Position numbers and translations under genes: made by a program. 64,000 nucleotides of DNA from Calditrichia bacterium. GTDB lineage: Bacteria; Calditrichota; Calditrichia; JAJRVZ01. Location of the stretch: contig CAWCNS010000008.1 in assembly GCA_963796965.1 (NCBI GenBank), forward strand, positions 64,001 to 128,000. The letters are read 5' to 3'. Under the pieces are notes generated by a model. The model was not told the DNA's origin. It saw only the letters and a list, made by a program, of their open reading frames with translations, and searched no databases. Shown piece by piece: positions 51,779-61,924 of this stretch (position 1 is its first letter; each line of letters begins with the position of its first letter).

Positions 51779-53311
51779 TTACCAGAAAACAATATAAAAG
51801 CAAACAACCCCAAGAATAACCAAGCTGCCCAACCATATTACAGAAGGAGCCGGACGCATATCGAAATCTTTATTTACCGGCATTTCTACCGCTTTGTCTA
51901 AGGGATTTTTCCAGGTAATCATCGCCATGGTTATTATTACGATGATAAAAGTTATCGCCATGCGGTTTAAAAATGCAATTTCAGTATACTGCCATTGTAA
52001 AAATCCATAAATAGGTACCGTTAAAAGTAATGCCATAACACCCGCTGCAGGAGGCGCTTTTTTTACAATAAATCCAAAGACAAAAGCAGCTAAAATACCG
52101 GGAGAAATATATCCCTGAAATTCCTGGATATAATGAAAAACGCCTTTAAACTTAGGATTTGCCAATTGTGGTGCGATAATACAACCTATGACCACAAAGA
52201 TAAGTGTGGTTATGCGACCAATTTTGACAAGTGATACTTGAGAAGCCTCCTTTTGCCAATGACGTTTGTAGAGATCCATGGTGAATATCGTCGAGGCAGA
52301 ATTTAACATGGAAGCTAACGAACTGACCACCGCACCGGCTAATGCCGCAAAGATAAAACCACGCAGACCGACCGGCACTAAATTTCTTATTAGCATGGGA
52401 TACGCCTGGTCGGTTGTAACCAGCTGATCTCCGTAAAGTTGAACCGCCATGATCCCAGGAATAACAATCGCGAATGGAACAATTAACCAGAGTGAGGCAG
52501 CAAAGATGATACCTAATTGCCCTTCCCGTAAACTTTTTGCCGCTAATGTTCTCTGTACAATGAATTGATTTAATCCGCAATAATAAAAATTGGGTATCCA
52601 AAGTCCGATCAACAGGGCTGTCCAGGGAATTTCAGGATGATCATGAGGAAGCACCATATGAAGCCGATCGGCATTGGCTGTAAAGAAGGAGGAGAATCCA
52701 CCGACCGCAATAAAACCGAGAACCAGGGTCAGGAGCCCACCGAGGAGCAAACCTGATCCCTGAAAAAGATCGGCATATGCAACCGCACGCAACCCTCCCC
52801 AGGTCGTATAAGCTGCTGCGATGATTCCAATTAGCCAGATTGCAGCCGTCAGATCAATATCGAAGATCGTATGCAGGGTTAACCCCCCGGAATATAATAC
52901 AGCCGTAATCGTCACCCCCACATAAATGGCCATCGTATAAAAAGCCATCAAACCCCGGGCTGTGGCATTATAACGATACTCCAGATATTCCGGCAAAGTA
53001 TAGATGCCTGAACGAAGAAAACGGGGTAGAAAAAAAATTGCCACAAAGACAATGGTTACAGCACCAAGTAACTGGTATCCTGAAACGGCAAGGCCGACGT
53101 TGCCGGCTCCCTGGCCACTCATACCAACGAATTGTTCTGTGGAAATATTTGCCGCAACAATTGAGAAACCGATTAAATACCACTTTAACCCACGCCCTGC
53201 CAGGAAATAATCTTCACTATTCCTTTCCCCCCGGCTTTTATACATACTAAAACTGACAACCAGGGCAATAAATCCAACAAAAACAGTAATATCAATCCAG
53301 TTTAACTGCAT
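51779..53311 (-). CDS. Sodium:solute symporter (SSS sugar transporter)
   Basis: DYFLAGR, ANISTEQFVGMSG, GGLRAVAYAD, NQFIVQRTLAAK; its start overlaps the upstream GH29 stop. Confidence 0.92.
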   Translation of the reverse strand: MQLNWIDITVFVGFIALVVSFSMYKSRGERNSEDYFLAGRGLKWYLIGFSIVAANISTEQFVGMSGQGAGNVGLAVSGYQLLGAVTIVFVAIFFLPRFLRSGIYTLPEYLEYRYNATARGLMAFYTMAIYVGVTITAVLYSGGLTLHTIFDIDLTAAIWLIGIIAAAYTTWGGLRAVAYADLFQGSGLLLGGLLTLVLGFIAVGGFSSFFTANADRLHMVLPHDHPEIPWTALLIGLWIPNFYYCGLNQFIVQRTLAAKSLREGQLGIIFAASLWLIVPFAIVIPGIMAVQLYGDQLVTTDQAYPMLIRNLVPVGLRGFIFAALAGAVVSSLASMLNSASTIFTMDLYKRHWQKEASQVSLVKIGRITTLIFVVIGCIIAPQLANPKFKGVFHYIQEFQGYISPGILAAFVFGFIVKKAPPAAGVMALLLTVPIYGFLQWQYTEIAFLNRMAITFIIVIITMAMITWKNPLDKAVEMPVNKDFDMRPAPSVIWLGSLVILGVVCFYIVFW

Positions 53312-54756
53312 TATTTTATCTTAAGGGTCCAGGCATGTTCACAGGGTGGATTATTCTGAATATTTTTTGGAATATTTACGACAAAGCCCTCACCAACTTT
53401 TTCCCACTCAAGATCCCCTGCAGCGCCCAGCATGGTGATTTTGGCATCATCAGCGGGTTGGATGCTGGATAACCAGATCTTTGAAGGTGGCCCTTCTTCA
53501 CTTTCACCACCTAAGTAAATGGCGTAAATGGTTCCGTCTTTTTGGCGTGTGAGACAGGTTTTTCCTTCTTTATAGGGCGCAATAGCGCGCGATTTATAAA
53601 TTGCTTCTCCGTTCACCTTCATCCACTCCCCAATTTTCTCAAGACGATCGTAGGCGTCATTATGCCAGGTGCCATCCGGGCCAGGGCCGATATTTAATAA
53701 CAAGTTCCCACCCTTCGATACAATATCCACCAACATATGAATTAAGGCCTGTGGGGATTTATACTTTGCGTTCGGCGAATAAGACCAGCCGCCGCCGGCA
53801 ATGATGCAGGATTCCCAGGGATAAGGTAAGGCTTTTTCAGGTACACGATTTTCAGGGGTTAGATAATTTTGATAGGGCCCGGGTACCGCACGGTCGACAA
53901 CAATCAGGCCGGGTTGTTTTTCACGCACTTTTCGGGCCAATTCAGGCATGTCAATATCCTGACTCTGAATCCGGCCAAACTTATAGCCGGATCTGTTTAT
54001 CCGCGCCTGGATCTCTTTGTCAGTTAACGGTCTTACCCAACCACCATCAAACCAAAGAATATCCACTTTGCCATAATCTGTAACCAATTCCATAATCTGA
54101 TTGTGGGTAAATTCCTTAAATCTATTCCATCGTTCCGGATATTTTTTTATATCATAATTTGGATTCCTATCCGGTGTGGCAAAATTTGACCACCAATAAT
54201 CCTGACTATGCCAGTCGGGTTTGGAAAAATAGGCCCCAACCCATAATCCTTCATTCCTGAAGGAGTTAAAAAGTTCCTTTGTTACATTGGCTTTGGGATT
54301 GGTATGAAAGGGACACGCATCATCTGTTATTTTATAATCGGTGTACTTTGTATCAAACATGGAGAAGCCATCATGATGTTTGGTCGTGAACACCATATAC
54401 TTCATACCAGCGCCTTGTGCCGCCTTAGCCCATTTATCCGGATCAAACTTAGTTGGATTAAATGTGGTTTTAAGATTTTCATATTCTTTTTTGTACGTAT
54501 TATAATCGGGATCACCTTTTCGACGGCACCATCCTTCATCTTCCGAACAGATGGACCAGGACTCTACGATCCCCCATTGACTATAGGCACCCCAGTGCAT
54601 GAGGAGGCCGAACTTGAGATCCTGCCACGCTTCCAATTTTTCCCGTACGAGTGGATCGGAATCAGGTACATATTTTTGTTCTCCATGCTGGGCCAATACG
54701 GATGAGACAATCCCCAGCATAAAAAGTAAGAACAGGATTCTTTGTATTTTTTTCAT
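53311..54756 (-). CDS. GH29 alpha-L-fucosidase, secreted
   Basis: KFGLLMHWG, GMKYMVFTTKHHDGF, ILWFDGGW, TPE, WESC, GGNLLLNIGP. Confidence 0.92.
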   Translation of the reverse strand: MKKIQRILFLLFMLGIVSSVLAQHGEQKYVPDSDPLVREKLEAWQDLKFGLLMHWGAYSQWGIVESWSICSEDEGWCRRKGDPDYNTYKKEYENLKTTFNPTKFDPDKWAKAAQGAGMKYMVFTTKHHDGFSMFDTKYTDYKITDDACPFHTNPKANVTKELFNSFRNEGLWVGAYFSKPDWHSQDYWWSNFATPDRNPNYDIKKYPERWNRFKEFTHNQIMELVTDYGKVDILWFDGGWVRPLTDKEIQARINRSGYKFGRIQSQDIDMPELARKVREKQPGLIVVDRAVPGPYQNYLTPENRVPEKALPYPWESCIIAGGGWSYSPNAKYKSPQALIHMLVDIVSKGGNLLLNIGPGPDGTWHNDAYDRLEKIGEWMKVNGEAIYKSRAIAPYKEGKTCLTRQKDGTIYAIYLGGESEEGPPSKIWLSSIQPADDAKITMLGAAGDLEWEKVGEGFVVNIPKNIQNNPPCEHAWTLKIK

Positions 54757-54867
54757 ACCATCCTCCGCTATTAAGGTGCTTGTTCAATAATATGAATCTC
54801 TCACAGAGTCGCAAAACCGCTGAGTGATAAAGATTTGCGTCCAAGAAGTTGTAATATAGTAATATTA

Positions 54868-54925
54868 AGATCCTGAAACGAGTTCAGGATGACCAAGTCG
54901 TCATCCCGAACTTGATTCGGGATCT
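54868..54925. repeat. Inverted pair of GTCATCCTGAA-family palindromes
   Basis: agatcctgaaacgagttcaggatgac (54868-54893) and gtcatcccgaacttgattcgggatct (54900-54925). Confidence 0.8.
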
Positions 54926-55022
54926 GTATGACAAGACTAATCTGTAAATGATTCTTTAATATTTCATCTTTAGTCTTTAATCTTGAAAGCTAATTTGTGA
55001 AATTCGTGGACCATTTTTTTAC

Positions 55023-56489
55023 TTATCGGACCAGGAGCATTTTACGTGCTTTTACGATGCCACCAGCATTTATCCTGTAGAAATAAATACCGGAGGCATG
55101 GTTTCGGGCATTCCAGATAATTTTATGACTACCGGCAGGTTGTTTTTGATCCACAAGATTTTCAACCATTCGTCCCAAAGCATCATATATATTAATGGTA
55201 ACATGACCAGGATTGGCCAATCTATAAGGGATTGTTGTTGATGGATTAAAAGGATTTGGATAGTTTTGCTCCAGAGAAAAATTCTCGGGAATATTTGCAG
55301 AATTGTTTTCGATTGCCAATGGTGGTGTCGCACCGGATTGCATCATATGATACATATACAAATGCCCCATACTCACATACCAGACGTTTTTCTTGTTGCT
55401 GATATGGTCCAGATGACTCCAGACATAGGCACTATCCCATTCTACTACATTGGGATGGCACATCAGATGATAGACGCCACCCGTATCCATCACCTCGTCA
55501 AAAGCATTGTTTAAATCGGTACTGTCATCAGTTCCAATCCCCCACCCTAATCTTTCACGCGGCGGATCAAAGGCACGGGTTACACCCAGAGCAAAATAAG
55601 ATTTTGTCTGATCATTCCATTCGGCGAACTCTGTGTAGCCCGGATAGTAAAGCCGGTTCACAAGATATTTATTTATACCAACAAGGGAATCAATAATGGC
55701 GTCATTATATCCATTTGGTGCGATAAAGGTGTAGAGATATTCCTTATAGTCTTTTTTAAAGGAGGCCGGGAGGTTTACATTATTAAGAATATCCTGCCTG
55801 GATCCCGTAATCTCAGAATTATAATCTGAATAGGGATAGGGATGAGATCTTGAATGGGAACAAGCCTCTACTAGCCCGGAATCAAGTTGCGTCTGAATCC
55901 TTTGCCAGGCATCGACATTACATCCATCGGTTACAATGCCGCAGGATAGCCACAAATTATAACTCCTAAATATACCTATTGTGCGATCAAATTTATTGGC
56001 ACTCCACCCCGCCCAATCATCTGCACTGCAGGTTACTGCAGCATCGCGGTCATCATAAAACTTGCATATCTCTACAAAAGTCATTGGTATAGTGCTGCTA
56101 TCAGCATCAACAATTTTTATTATAATCGAATCACTCTTTTCTCCAAATCCAACAGAGATATAGGTAATACCCAGAGTGGTATCAAACCGGGCGGCTTCTA
56201 TCCCATTAAAAAAATCTTCAGAAGTTTTCTTTTCTATCTCGGTCCAATAATCTTTTGATTGATATTTTTTAAAGACACGCAAATTTTTCATTAAGGCACT
56301 ATATTCAAACTTGTAAGTCAGTGGAAAAGTTAGTCCATAGTCCTCATGAATATCAGGATGCACATCAATTACGGTTTCATATGCTAACGTTTCACTAACG
56401 GACATCAGGTCCGGGTTCTGGGCCATATGAAGGGATGGCAAAGAAAAAAGTATAACCATAATTAATGTCAAACCAGAATTAATTTGCAT
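55023..56489 (-). CDS. Secreted deacetylase-like (NodB-fold) protein with T9SS type A sorting domain
   Basis: Signal peptide; CSADD, SHSRSHP, HLMCH; C-terminal LEQNYPNPFNPSTTI..ASGIYFYRI..KMLLVR. Confidence 0.75.
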   Translation of the reverse strand: MQINSGLTLIMVILFSLPSLHMAQNPDLMSVSETLAYETVIDVHPDIHEDYGLTFPLTYKFEYSALMKNLRVFKKYQSKDYWTEIEKKTSEDFFNGIEAARFDTTLGITYISVGFGEKSDSIIIKIVDADSSTIPMTFVEICKFYDDRDAAVTCSADDWAGWSANKFDRTIGIFRSYNLWLSCGIVTDGCNVDAWQRIQTQLDSGLVEACSHSRSHPYPYSDYNSEITGSRQDILNNVNLPASFKKDYKEYLYTFIAPNGYNDAIIDSLVGINKYLVNRLYYPGYTEFAEWNDQTKSYFALGVTRAFDPPRERLGWGIGTDDSTDLNNAFDEVMDTGGVYHLMCHPNVVEWDSAYVWSHLDHISNKKNVWYVSMGHLYMYHMMQSGATPPLAIENNSANIPENFSLEQNYPNPFNPSTTIPYRLANPGHVTINIYDALGRMVENLVDQKQPAGSHKIIWNARNHASGIYFYRINAGGIVKARKMLLVR

Positions 56490-56602
56490 AAAACTTCTCC
56501 GTCCAGTGATATCACCTTTAAATGAAACAACAAATTTTACTATATTAACAAGGGAACAGTTCTGAAGAGAAATGAATCGGTCTCCCTTTAATCGCGTAGA
56601 TT

Positions 56603-57661
56603 CTAAAAAGTTAAGGCGAAGGTATAAATGGATGTATTTGATAAGATCTGCATATCTTTATAAACATAACCTATCTTCATTTTTGTATTATGTAAAAGAT
56701 CTATCTGCAACCCCATTCCTAGCGTCATACCATAAGGATTCTCATCCATTAACAAACCACGATACCCACCCCAGAGTGAAAACTTACCAAATCCCACAAA
56801 TGAAAATTCGTATTCTGCCCCCATATTGAGAGATTCGTTATTATTATTCGGATGTAGGGCATCGACAGATAAGGTTATTCTCTGGGTTTCACTAACTATT
56901 GGTGTAATGGATGTTCCGATTCTGAAGATTAACGGCAGTTCCCATCCCTGAACACGGTATTGTCCTTCAACATCTTTATAATTGCCATTTTCATTGGGCA
57001 GGATATCAATCGGCTGCAACAAGTCAATCCCGTCATATTGCATTCTTGTACCATAATTTGAGATACTCATACCTATTTTAAGACCGTTTTCACGATTATT
57101 ATTTGGAGAAAGAAAATCAGTATCTACAAGAACCCCCAAATCAACTGCTCCGGCACTGGCACCCACATGCCAGATACTCGAGGTTACGTACTTTAGGCTG
57201 GCGCCAAAAGAAAACCATTGTACAATCTTTCTGCCATAGGAAAGTACAAATGCATATTCATTGGCTTCATACGTCTCACCAGTCCCATCCTGCATTGACA
57301 TGGTCGTCACTTCAGTTCGTCCATAATCCATGTTTGTTACCGCAAATGCAACTGTTCCGATATTCGGAAATACAATTCCCGCACCAGCGAAGTTGACATT
57401 AATTCCCGCTATCCATGGTTGATGCATGACCAGAACTTCATTATTCGGTAAATAGGCTAATCCTGCAGGGTTCCAGTATAGTGAGGATAAATCCCTGACC
57501 GCACTGACATAGGCCTCTCCCATAGCATTTCCAGCACTACCAATACCCATTTCCAGAAAGTTAGCTGCTGTTGTTCCAACACGATAAGGCTTATTTTGTC
57601 CTATTGAAATCTGGGAAAAAATAAATATAATAAACACTATTACAGGTACGAAATATTTCAT
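56603..57661 (-). CDS. PorV/PorQ-family outer-membrane beta-barrel
   Basis: GTTAANFLE, AMGEA, LYWNPAGLA, LPLIFRIG, LHPNNNNESLNMGAEY; terminal Phe. Confidence 0.8.
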   Translation of the reverse strand: MKYFVPVIVFIIFIFSQISIGQNKPYRVGTTAANFLEMGIGSAGNAMGEAYVSAVRDLSSLYWNPAGLAYLPNNEVLVMHQPWIAGINVNFAGAGIVFPNIGTVAFAVTNMDYGRTEVTTMSMQDGTGETYEANEYAFVLSYGRKIVQWFSFGASLKYVTSSIWHVGASAGAVDLGVLVDTDFLSPNNNRENGLKIGMSISNYGTRMQYDGIDLLQPIDILPNENGNYKDVEGQYRVQGWELPLIFRIGTSITPIVSETQRITLSVDALHPNNNNESLNMGAEYEFSFVGFGKFSLWGGYRGLLMDENPYGMTLGMGLQIDLLHNTKMKIGYVYKDMQILSNTSIYTFALTF

Positions 57662-57708
57662 AATGATCTCCCTCTTCGATCGTACATTTGCATTAAGGCA
57701 AAATTACC

Positions 57709-58113
57709 TTATTTTGAAAGTATCATTTTTTTTGTTTGAGTGAATTCAGGTGTCGAAATTCGATAGAAATACACCCCATTGCTGCTTGCTTTTCCGGATG
57801 TATCATTACCATCCCAAACCACCTGATGGTTTCCCGCAACTTGTTCAGCATTTATAAGTGTAATTACTTTTTTACCAAGAATATTAAATACATCAATTTT
57901 AACCATACTACCTTTCGGTAGCTCATAATTTATAGTAGTTCTCGGATTGAAAGGATTGGGAAAATTCTGCTTCAGCGCATAATTTTTGGCAACCTCCGGA
58001 TCATCTACAAAACTAACCGATAAATATTCTTCGATTATATCATTAATTCTCTGAATATCTTCTCCATCACCCAAATAACGAATGATCCCCTTCTGATCGA
58101 TAACGGCTGCCCA
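57709..58113 (-). pseudogene. 5'-truncated redoxin-like tail fused to a T9SS type A sorting domain
   Basis: The frame of ORF 57709..58074 extends upstream as WAAVIDQKGIIRYLG to a stop, with no signal peptide; then QNFPNPFNPRTTI..GVYFYRI..KMILSK. Confidence 0.55.
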
Positions 58114-58145
58114 ATTATTTGATTAGCAATTACTTATTCACCAGA

Positions 58146-61100
58146 TCACTTAATCACCGCAAATAAACCTGTTTTTTCTTTACCGGTTTCCTTTGATTTT
58201 ACATAATACACATACATTCCTGCTGCGATTTCCAGATCTTCTTTTGTGAGTAAATCCCAATGTACTATGCCATTACTTGGTTCATTTTCTACATCAATTT
58301 TATCGACAACGATGCCACTTGAAGTGAAGATATAGATCTCACATTGAGCAGGAATATGGGTAAACATAATCCTGCGACGTTGATTCAAAAATTTATTTCC
58401 AACCGCCGGCTCCATCGAATTTGTCATTATATAGGGATTTGGCACCACCTTTATGTCATCCATCGTGGCGTTAAGCGCAGTCTCATTAACATCACCTAAT
58501 TCATCAATTGTAAATATCAATGAATCTGACTCAAAAAACGGTCGATAGAAATCGTAGCGGTAAATATCTCCCGGATTGGGTAAATCATTTTCATCTTCAA
58601 CGCCGATGAAATCAAAGCCGAAGACTGTACCACCCCAGGAGATAAGTTTTGAATTACCAAGCGACCTAATAACAGCAGGACCAACCAGAACTCTATCCTC
58701 AAGAATATCGAAGGACCCATTCGAATTCAAATCGTCAACAACTAATTCTAGTGTATCCAGGACACCTGTCAGATCATAGGCCGTCTGGTTAACGACATAA
58801 AAGGGGAAAGCCTGGTCAAAAAGAAAATTACCATCTCCTCCATCAAGATTTTTTATGCTTGTTTTTTTATTCAACCGGTTGAGGTACACGGAATCATTAT
58901 CTGTAAAAACAATATCATACATGTAAGGAAATGCATAATATTCATTAAAGCTTTCCTTTACATTAATCTTCGAAGTACCGACTATCCATCCTGTATTCTC
59001 TTCGTTAATCCCTGATTCCGGCATGGGCAGGTGAGGTTGTACCGGCAAATATCCATTGAGACCTGTCATGTTCAATTGAATACCGTCAAAATTGTCTGTC
59101 AATATTTCTTTGGCCTGGTAAAATGTCGCTACGAAAGGTGCTGTCCCACCGGAGAGATAATAAATATTTTTATCATCTCGGGTTATCATATTATCCAGCG
59201 TGTAATAATTTATTCCCTCTTCATAGACCAATTTATTTCCCGCTGTTACATCATAGACATACAGACCGTTATTTACCCTTACCATATCCAGCGGATGTCG
59301 ATCATTTATATTCCGCTTTATATAACCTACGGTATCCACCTTAAACATTACCTTATATGTGTGGTTTGGTTTTATCAGATCCCTATCAAAAACGGTGGGC
59401 ACTATCTTCCCATTGCCCAACATTTCTTCGGAATTTACTGTTAACGAGGGTTGTTCAAATCCTGCAGCGACCTGACCGGGAGTGATCACGGCAACATTTT
59501 CACCCAAACGTACAATTTCTTCTGACTCATCAAGTTCGATGACAATATTGTTCTCCGAGGGTGATATGCCATTTCCGATATTTGGTGCACCATAATCATA
59601 AGCAACAATGGCATAGTAGTAAGTGCGTCCGTTCTGCACCTGTTCATCAACATAATGATGGCTGATTCCGGTCTCATCACCCAGATAGAATTCGGCTCCA
59701 CCAACTACACCATAATTTGCATGACCGCTAATAGTGTCGATCAGATCACATTGAAAAATGGGCTTCTTAAACATTTTAACGCCCTGACTGTTGGTAATCA
59801 CCTCAGCATCAGAGAACAATTTGTCGGTTGCACGATACAGCTTATACCCCTCAAAATCGTTGATATTTCCTATGAACGGCTCTCTGGTGAGTTGATCAGC
59901 TACATTATCCCAGGATAAAACAACTTTTCCATCGCCTGCTGTCGCAGTTAGTGTGGGCATTTTAGGGGGCTGTGCGAAACGATAATCTGCTTCGTAGATA
60001 ACCTGTGCTATTTCCTTCAACTTATAAATATTTGGGGCATAATGAGATGACGAGTTTAAATTGCCCAGGTCTTCATATGCATGAAGCATGGCGATAGAAA
60101 TGCGTTCTGTTCTTCCTTCAAAGAGTGGGAAAGTAGATGAGGAAAACAGGAAATCTATCGGCTGTGGGGTTGTTCCGGTATATTCATCGAATTGATGGGA
60201 GTTTAAATAATCAAAAAACTCTCTGTCGGAGCTGGGATACCAGAAATTTGCACCTCTTTCGGAGTAACTCGATAATCGGAATGTGGTCAAACCAAGCATA
60301 TCTGACTCACTTACATCGGTAGCGGCAAAATTAGGTTCACAGCCCACACCTTCTTCATAGTCAGGCCGATGATTGCATTCGCCTTCATCCGGGCCAGTGT
60401 AATTTAGATCCAGCGGCCCGACGCCATCTAATCCGACATCATCCCCTGGTGTTTCTCCTGGGTCCGGGAACCAGGTCTGGGTCTCAGTGTCAAAGTAAGA
60501 ATAATTACCATCATTGTTGAGATCTGTTCCATCCTGCCAGTCCTGATCTTCATCACCCTCATAATGGTCACGCAGATCTTCTTCTGACTTTTTATAGGTC
60601 TCTAAAAAAGCAGATAAATTATAAATTCCGTCGTAGGGCCCGACTATTTCCCCTGCCTGATTATCCCGCTTTTCATCAATAAGACCATCTTCATCATTAT
60701 CGGTACCATCATAAGCCACTCCCGGACTTTCCAGAAATGCACAGGCAAAAGTACCAGGAACTCTGCCGCCTACCGCAACACCATCCCAGTCCCAGGCATA
60801 AGCCATGTCAAGAAAGGTATTAAAATATCCCGTATCATCATCTTCCCCATGCTCATCGCCGACGGATAAATCGGTAACGATCGCAAATCCGCTTACAGGC
60901 AAATCATAATCAGATATATTAGAAATATCGAATTCCCAAAAAATTAAATCCCTCGCTTCGGGATTATTCCATTGAAATCCCCGCGTACTGATTCTTAGTC
61001 CCAGCCCTCCCCAGGGATATCCTCTTTGCACGGTAACGTTCGGATCGATATCGCCAATGTGCACGTCAGGACGTGGATAATATCTGGGTCCCTCCGTTAT

Positions 61101-61760
61101 TAAATTTTCCTCGGGATCATTCCTCCGTACGATATATTCAAGATCCTGAGCATCATTGAACGCATAATAACATTCCAGAGCGGCATATTTAATCCCCCGC
61201 CCAAAACGACCATTCCATTCTCCGGGCCATTTTTTTTGAAAACCGGTTGAAGGCCAACCTTCAGATGGCCAGGAATTTTCTTTATTGCTCATGGCAATAT
61301 AATCCTGAGATTCGTTAAAATATCCCTTTACAGGATAAAATCCCCATCCTATGGTACTCTCATAATTTACATCACCGCTGTTCCCAAAAGATTGCGTATA
61401 ATAAAGTGAATCGACCTTTTCTGATCCCAAATAGGATTGCAGCTCATCAAGAGATTCTATAGGGATCGAATCTTGTCGAACATATACCTTATTCATTATG
61501 GCGAGATGGAGATGGTCAATCATCCTTACACCTTCATAATTATTGGGCCATCTGGAGTCATCTACGCCTTTGCCCCACCAATCGGCACATCTACCAAAAT
61601 TCTGATAATATAACAAAACCCGGTTACCGTTCATATAACCTTCTCTTAGGTTTGAGATATCTCCGGCTGGATCCTCCGGACCTTCGTAAGGTTTACCCTG
61701 AGCAAAAAGGTTTGTAGAGAAAAGAGTGAATAGTATAATTAAATAAGTAATCTGTTTCAT
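58146..61760 (-). CDS. Large secreted acidic protein (1204 aa) with variant T9SS-like C-terminal domain
   Basis: Signal peptide; DxDxDG-like motifs; FN3-like PTLTATAGDGKVVLSWD..DFEGYKLYR..YYYAIVAYD; C-terminus IKVVPNPY..WDLL..GMYVY..FAVIK. Confidence 0.85.
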   Translation of the reverse strand: MKQITYLIILFTLFSTNLFAQGKPYEGPEDPAGDISNLREGYMNGNRVLLYYQNFGRCADWWGKGVDDSRWPNNYEGVRMIDHLHLAIMNKVYVRQDSIPIESLDELQSYLGSEKVDSLYYTQSFGNSGDVNYESTIGWGFYPVKGYFNESQDYIAMSNKENSWPSEGWPSTGFQKKWPGEWNGRFGRGIKYAALECYYAFNDAQDLEYIVRRNDPEENLITEGPRYYPRPDVHIGDIDPNVTVQRGYPWGGLGLRISTRGFQWNNPEARDLIFWEFDISNISDYDLPVSGFAIVTDLSVGDEHGEDDDTGYFNTFLDMAYAWDWDGVAVGGRVPGTFACAFLESPGVAYDGTDNDEDGLIDEKRDNQAGEIVGPYDGIYNLSAFLETYKKSEEDLRDHYEGDEDQDWQDGTDLNNDGNYSYFDTETQTWFPDPGETPGDDVGLDGVGPLDLNYTGPDEGECNHRPDYEEGVGCEPNFAATDVSESDMLGLTTFRLSSYSERGANFWYPSSDREFFDYLNSHQFDEYTGTTPQPIDFLFSSSTFPLFEGRTERISIAMLHAYEDLGNLNSSSHYAPNIYKLKEIAQVIYEADYRFAQPPKMPTLTATAGDGKVVLSWDNVADQLTREPFIGNINDFEGYKLYRATDKLFSDAEVITNSQGVKMFKKPIFQCDLIDTISGHANYGVVGGAEFYLGDETGISHHYVDEQVQNGRTYYYAIVAYDYGAPNIGNGISPSENNIVIELDESEEIVRLGENVAVITPGQVAAGFEQPSLTVNSEEMLGNGKIVPTVFDRDLIKPNHTYKVMFKVDTVGYIKRNINDRHPLDMVRVNNGLYVYDVTAGNKLVYEEGINYYTLDNMITRDDKNIYYLSGGTAPFVATFYQAKEILTDNFDGIQLNMTGLNGYLPVQPHLPMPESGINEENTGWIVGTSKINVKESFNEYYAFPYMYDIVFTDNDSVYLNRLNKKTSIKNLDGGDGNFLFDQAFPFYVVNQTAYDLTGVLDTLELVVDDLNSNGSFDILEDRVLVGPAVIRSLGNSKLISWGGTVFGFDFIGVEDENDLPNPGDIYRYDFYRPFFESDSLIFTIDELGDVNETALNATMDDIKVVPNPYIMTNSMEPAVGNKFLNQRRRIMFTHIPAQCEIYIFTSSGIVVDKIDVENEPSNGIVHWDLLTKEDLEIAAGMYVYYVKSKETGKEKTGLFAVIK

Positions 61761-61784
61761 TTATTTACCCCTATCTTGAAGATC

Positions 61785-61921
61785 AGGTTATTAGGCTATT
61801 AGGCTATTGAATTGGGTAATTGGGTAATTGGGAAACAAGGTAATTACCTAATAATCCAGTTACCCTGTTACCTTATTACCCTATTACCTTATTACCTAAT
61901 TACCTTATTAACCCAATTACC
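61785..61921. repeat. Octamer periodic inverted repeat
   Basis: (aggctatt) and (aattgggt) units followed by about 8 complementary (attacctt/attaccct) units. Confidence 0.8.
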
Positions 61922-61924
61922 GAC

